Source: Candidatus Krumholzibacteriota bacterium (GTDB lineage: Bacteria; Krumholzibacteriota; Krumholzibacteriia; JAJRXK01). Taken from it: 64,000 nt of DNA. The DNA lies in the NCBI GenBank assembly GCA_963764625.1, contig CAVXTH010000006.1, positions 830,048 through 894,047 on the forward strand. Direction: 5' to 3'. The notes below the pieces were generated by a model. The model saw only the letters and a list, made by a program, of their open reading frames with translations. It did no database searches and had not been told where the DNA came from. Both the position numbers and the translations under genes were made by a program. Positions 60,107-64,000 of this stretch are shown here, piece by piece; positions within the stretch are counted from its first letter, which is position 1, and each line of letters begins with the position of its first letter.

Positions 60107-61687
60107 TCACCGCAGCTTTTGCTGCCATTCCCTAATTTCATGCCGTAGCTGTGGCGATATTAGAACGAAAATCAGAACCAGCACGCACACCACAAGACAC
60201 GTACCTAAGATGCGAAACACGCTGCTAGACAAGGTCGTGCCTGCCGAACTCAGAGGCATGACAATTGAACTCAGGAACACTGCTGCAACTACAGTGAGAT
60301 ACAGCCCGCAGACCACGAAGAGACGCTTCCAGAGTAATCGACACGAAGCTATGCCTATACCTCGCATGCTTGGCTGCAGCAATAGGCCGCCCATCCACAA
60401 GAACGCCACAAGTGACGTAACAGCTGGAATTCCGACTAAACCGAACCTACGAAATGCAACTACATCCAGTACCAGATTAGCTACGGCCATCCCGATAGCC
60501 AACAAAGCGCTGCGTGAGCCCTCTCCTGCGAGAAATGCAATCCGCGTGAACAACGCTCCAAGAGCCATTGGAACGAGACCCAGAGCATATACGCGCAGGC
60601 AATTTGCAATCTGCGCTTCAGCTAGCAAAGTCATTCGGCCGTATCCAAATAGAGCGCTGACGAGTGGATTTGAGAGTCCCCAGAGGAGTATCGCGGCAGG
60701 CCCCGTGGTTGCGAGCAATAATAGGATGCTCTTTGCTGCCGTATCATGGGTTCCGGCTGCTTCATCTTCGTTCCAGGTCCTTCCTATCTCAATGAATGCC
60801 ACGGTTACTAAACTCATTCCCAAAAGGGAATGTGGCATTGCCAGGAGTTTGTAAGCGAACTGCAATGTGGCTGTCTCGCCAACAGCACCCTGCGATGCGA
60901 TAATCTTATCTGTTAGGAAAGTGACTGTCGGCAGAAGAGGCACCACAAGAGCCGCTAAAGACTCTATTCCAAGATTTCCTGCCGTCTCTACACCGCCAGG
61001 GGGAAATTCGCTACTCTGGCCATAAGATCCACTCTGTGCTCGCAAGGACCATTTCAGTAGGAAGTAAAGTTCACAGATCAGACCACATAGCAGTCCAATG
61101 GAAACGGAGACAATTCCAAGTGTCTGCCCCGCGAGGATCAATAGCAAAACTGATCCGAGACTTCTCAGAGCGGTAAGCACCGTTACACGCCCGTGTTGCC
61201 CAGCGTACCGGACCATGGTTCCCCATACCATTGCCAATCCAAAACCCAGAGGCAGAGCCGCCATGGTAGCCAGGAGGATTGCTGATAACTTGTGCTCCTC
61301 TGCTGATAGCGGGCGGAGAAAGAGCGCACCAGGCGCCACCATTGCGAGTACCATCAATCCAAGGCTGGCGACAATCGCGATACCACCAATTGGACGCCAC
61401 AGTGATAGTGTACGTCGCACTAAATTGGTGTCCCCAACGAAGCCGCCAGTCTGGGCCAGTCGAGGCGTAATCATCAGTTGAGAAGCGCTCGCGATGCTCA
61501 TAGCCAAAGCGCTTGCAAATCCGAATGTGAGCGCGTAGATATCTGTTGTGGAAGATGTTCCAAACTTGGCCGCAATGAGCATTTCTCTGCATATGCTCAG
61601 CACTGCAACTAGAGCCGTGCCTAGCAAAACTCGAAAAGACGACTTGGCAAGCCACGCAGTTGAGTTACCCTGGCGCTCTGAGTGCAA
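60107..61687 (-). CDS. MurJ/MviN-like (MOP family) flippase
   Basis: REMLIAAKFGTS..TDIY, DKIIAS, LFGYG; many TM helices. Confidence 0.82.
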   Translation of the reverse strand: MHSERQGNSTAWLAKSSFRVLLGTALVAVLSICREMLIAAKFGTSSTTDIYALTFGFASALAMSIASASQLMITPRLAQTGGFVGDTNLVRRTLSLWRPIGGIAIVASLGLMVLAMVAPGALFLRPLSAEEHKLSAILLATMAALPLGFGLAMVWGTMVRYAGQHGRVTVLTALRSLGSVLLLILAGQTLGIVSVSIGLLCGLICELYFLLKWSLRAQSGSYGQSSEFPPGGVETAGNLGIESLAALVVPLLPTVTFLTDKIIASQGAVGETATLQFAYKLLAMPHSLLGMSLVTVAFIEIGRTWNEDEAAGTHDTAAKSILLLLATTGPAAILLWGLSNPLVSALFGYGRMTLLAEAQIANCLRVYALGLVPMALGALFTRIAFLAGEGSRSALLAIGMAVANLVLDVVAFRRFGLVGIPAVTSLVAFLWMGGLLLQPSMRGIGIASCRLLWKRLFVVCGLYLTVVAAVFLSSIVMPLSSAGTTLSSSVFRILGTCLVVCVLVLIFVLISPQLRHEIREWQQKLR

Positions 61688-61711
61688 CTTAGACTTCCCT
61701 CGAAGTAGCCA

Positions 61712-62962
61712 TCAACCTCTGTGTGCACCAATACGCCTGAGTGGATATCGTGCCCCAGATTTGACTCCAACCGTCAGGAAATGCAACACAAGGAGCACGG
61801 CAAAGAAGTATGCAGATTTCGGATGGGCAAGAAAGCCTCCAAATGGGCTCAAGATCATTGCTGACGAGACAAAGGCGGTCAACCCCACAATGGGGACTGT
61901 TGGAGCAGCTCTCATTCTGAAAAACAACCACTGCACGAGGAGCCCGTAGCAGAACGGGATAAGTATAAGCCCCACCTCTCTGCCGTCTTCATAGGGTTCT
62001 CTGAAGAAACTATACGTATTGAACTCCATGGGAACACTATAAAACAAGGCGTTATCCGCAGACATTACAGTTGGCTCAAACTGCGAAATTGCCTTTGCTG
62101 CACCTCGCAAGGTGGCTTTGCCATAATACTCCTCAGACTGGAAGCGACTGAATATTCCAAATGTCGAGATTGGTCCTGCAATGTAAACCAGTGGCTTAGC
62201 CAAGGGCGAAAATAGCTCAGGGAGATTCACCATTCCGACCTGAACATAGTCCCGCGACTCATCTTTGAAGTATGCGTCGTAGGCAACGAAGAACCCGGCA
62301 CCTAGCACGAAAGTGACGAGAACACTTCTGAATATTATTTTGCCCGCTGCCTTGCCCGAGTCGTAGAGTATCGCCATGATGGTAACAAGTACGGCTTGCA
62401 TAAAATACGACTTGATTCCAGCAAATGGAGTCGTAAGGAGCGAAACGGCTGCCAGCGTATACCAGCCCCACTTCCACGATTGAACTCTTCTCCCTTGGAC
62501 CACCAATAACCCGGGCACCACAATATTGAGCAGAGACAAGTAGCCAATGACTGGAAGCTGAAATCCTAGTCGCTCGACTTCTTCTGGTGCAATGAAATAA
62601 ACGAGTAGTGTTGTTTTCTTACTAAACTCGTAAACCAGATAGGCAAAACCTAACAATGCTATGCTGGCAATCCCGAGTAGTGTCCTTCTTGGATATACGC
62701 ACCTCTTCACACTAATGAGTTTCGATCCGTTAGCACAGCTGATGATACAGGCACCAGCGAGAAATGAAGCCATTCCCAATCCAAGAAGTAGTTCTTCTCT
62801 GAGCTGGAGTGGGTAGAGATCTACAATACCGCTCTCGTAGACGACTATCGCCAACAGCCATGAGCTGGTAAATGCCGTCATAGGATTAACCAAGGAGTGT
62901 ACAGCCCGTTGGGAAATAGCAATTGAAATAACCCAAAGTCCGCACGTAATAAGTAGCAACAT
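61712..62962 (-). CDS. O-antigen polymerase (Wzy)
   Basis: Polytopic; YIAGPI and FNTYSFFREPYEDG (NxYT..YxDFG-like) pattern. Confidence 0.78.
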   Translation of the reverse strand: MLLLITCGLWVISIAISQRAVHSLVNPMTAFTSSWLLAIVVYESGIVDLYPLQLREELLLGLGMASFLAGACIISCANGSKLISVKRCVYPRRTLLGIASIALLGFAYLVYEFSKKTTLLVYFIAPEEVERLGFQLPVIGYLSLLNIVVPGLLVVQGRRVQSWKWGWYTLAAVSLLTTPFAGIKSYFMQAVLVTIMAILYDSGKAAGKIIFRSVLVTFVLGAGFFVAYDAYFKDESRDYVQVGMVNLPELFSPLAKPLVYIAGPISTFGIFSRFQSEEYYGKATLRGAAKAISQFEPTVMSADNALFYSVPMEFNTYSFFREPYEDGREVGLILIPFCYGLLVQWLFFRMRAAPTVPIVGLTAFVSSAMILSPFGGFLAHPKSAYFFAVLLVLHFLTVGVKSGARYPLRRIGAHRG

Positions 62963-62964
62963 CG

Positions 62965-63927
62965 CTAGCTTTCGATCAACTGCGCGTAGCGCAGGAAACG
63001 GACTGCATCCCAAATGCCAATTCCCATCAGTGCGATCATAAAGCCCGCGATTAATCTGAAACTTCGACGGGGCATGGCTTTCCTATACGGAGGCACTGCG
63101 GCATCAATAACATCGATCACCGGTAGGTTCTTAACAGCCTCTATGCGTGCCAGCTCGTATTGGGCTGTCAAAGTAGTAAATACTTGCTCATTTAACTTTA
63201 CCTTACGGATGAGACGCGATTCTTCCATCCTGAGGCTCGGTGAAGACTGGATCGCTCTGTTCTCCTCTCGAAAGTTCTTTAGTGCCAATTCCACCGAATG
63301 TAGTTCGTCATTTATAGATTTCAGCCGACCCTGGATGAATGTGCGCTGTTGGCTTGCATGTTCATTCGCATTATTCACAAGACGGCGGTTGAGAAGCTCT
63401 GTCATCCTTGTGGCAATCTCAGCAGCCAACGCCGCTGATGGCGCCAATATCCTCAGCCGGACCACGTTGGTGCGGTTATCGTAAAACACGTCGAGATACG
63501 TTCTGCGGAATCCATCAACGGTCCTCTCAAAATCGTGCGCCTTGACCTTCTTCTTCGCGAGATATACTTCGAAGAGAGGTTCGGGATTGCCTTCAAATAC
63601 GACGGTGTCTCGAAGGACTTGCGAAACCAGAGATCTACTGCGAAGTATTTCGGGTAGCATTACCCCCTGCCCTGCCTCTCCCAGGCCCAGGCGCTGAAGG
63701 GCGATTGCACTTGGGTCGTCCTGCGCAAGTCCGCCAATCGAGAGATTACTTTGCCGGTTGTACACGAGTTTTGCTTCGGAAGCGTAAAAATTACGTTGGA
63801 AAAACGAAAGCCCGACAAGGACGGCACCACAGACAAAAACACCTATGCCGCGCGAGACGAGGTGGCGCCTCCATGCAAGATACATCCAGGTGAGAATCCC
63901 GATCTCATCTTGGCGTCGTGTTTCCAT
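62965..63927 (-). CDS. Wzz/GNVR chain-length determinant
   Basis: Two TM helices, ILRSRSL, coiled coil, QYELARIEA..VIDAAVPP..AMPRR. Confidence 0.85.
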   Translation of the reverse strand: METRRQDEIGILTWMYLAWRRHLVSRGIGVFVCGAVLVGLSFFQRNFYASEAKLVYNRQSNLSIGGLAQDDPSAIALQRLGLGEAGQGVMLPEILRSRSLVSQVLRDTVVFEGNPEPLFEVYLAKKKVKAHDFERTVDGFRRTYLDVFYDNRTNVVRLRILAPSAALAAEIATRMTELLNRRLVNNANEHASQQRTFIQGRLKSINDELHSVELALKNFREENRAIQSSPSLRMEESRLIRKVKLNEQVFTTLTAQYELARIEAVKNLPVIDVIDAAVPPYRKAMPRRSFRLIAGFMIALMGIGIWDAVRFLRYAQLIES

Positions 63928-63955
63928 ATCCCTTCCGTTTAAACTTATCACATCA

Positions 63956-64000
63956 CTAGTTCGCGTTGTGCACCACGAAGTAGATCGTGGCGAGGCTGGC
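63956..64000 (-). CDS. 3' end of an upstream gene, possibly a Wza/SLBB polysaccharide export protein
   Basis: ...ASLATIYFVVHNAN*, a hydrophobic C-terminal helix immediately before wzz. Confidence 0.35.
   Translation of the reverse strand, partial: ASLATIYFVVHNAN

Larger units (their letters stand above)
52250..64000. other. Low-GC surface-polysaccharide island
   Basis: Spot counts of single 60-nt lines give 29/60 GC at 52561 and 21/60 at 62581, versus 50/60 at 51661. All genes in the block are glycan-related. Confidence 0.8.

Overview
This is a high-GC (about 65-70% by eye) bacterial window. An alternative GlmU-like protein, a Bacteroidota-type bS22, a Bacteroides-type Ino1 and C25 proteins with FlgD-Ig/CTD tails suggest an FCB-affiliated lineage such as Krumholzibacteriota, Eisenbacteria or Latescibacterota (inference). 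Contents in order: (1) rnr (partial), an unannotated bS22 and hup; (2) a compact microcompartment operon (BMC-H, three BMC-P, BMC-T, aldehyde dehydrogenase) preceded by a candidate sigma54-driven small RNA; (3) GlmU-like gene, tRNA-Ala, tRNA-Leu, fbp, an AlkP-family enzyme, a metzincin lipoprotein and oppA; (4) an ATPase-less metal-uptake operon headed by a CxxC/RGPP leader peptide whose Pro codons pair with the next gene's Shine-Dalgarno; (5) clpB and two tandem ~1600-aa gingipain-like proteins; (6) a polysaccharide operon headed by a ParA-CBM48 fusion; (7) LysR, ino1 and a mosaic surface-glycan region that turns low-GC after ~52.2 kb. Nine frameshifts, each repaired by removing one base, look like long-read consensus errors. 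I found no CRISPR array, integrase or transposase. Best leads: the ParA-CBM48 module, the RGPP anti-SD attenuator, the sigma54 sRNA candidate and the BMC without a signature enzyme.
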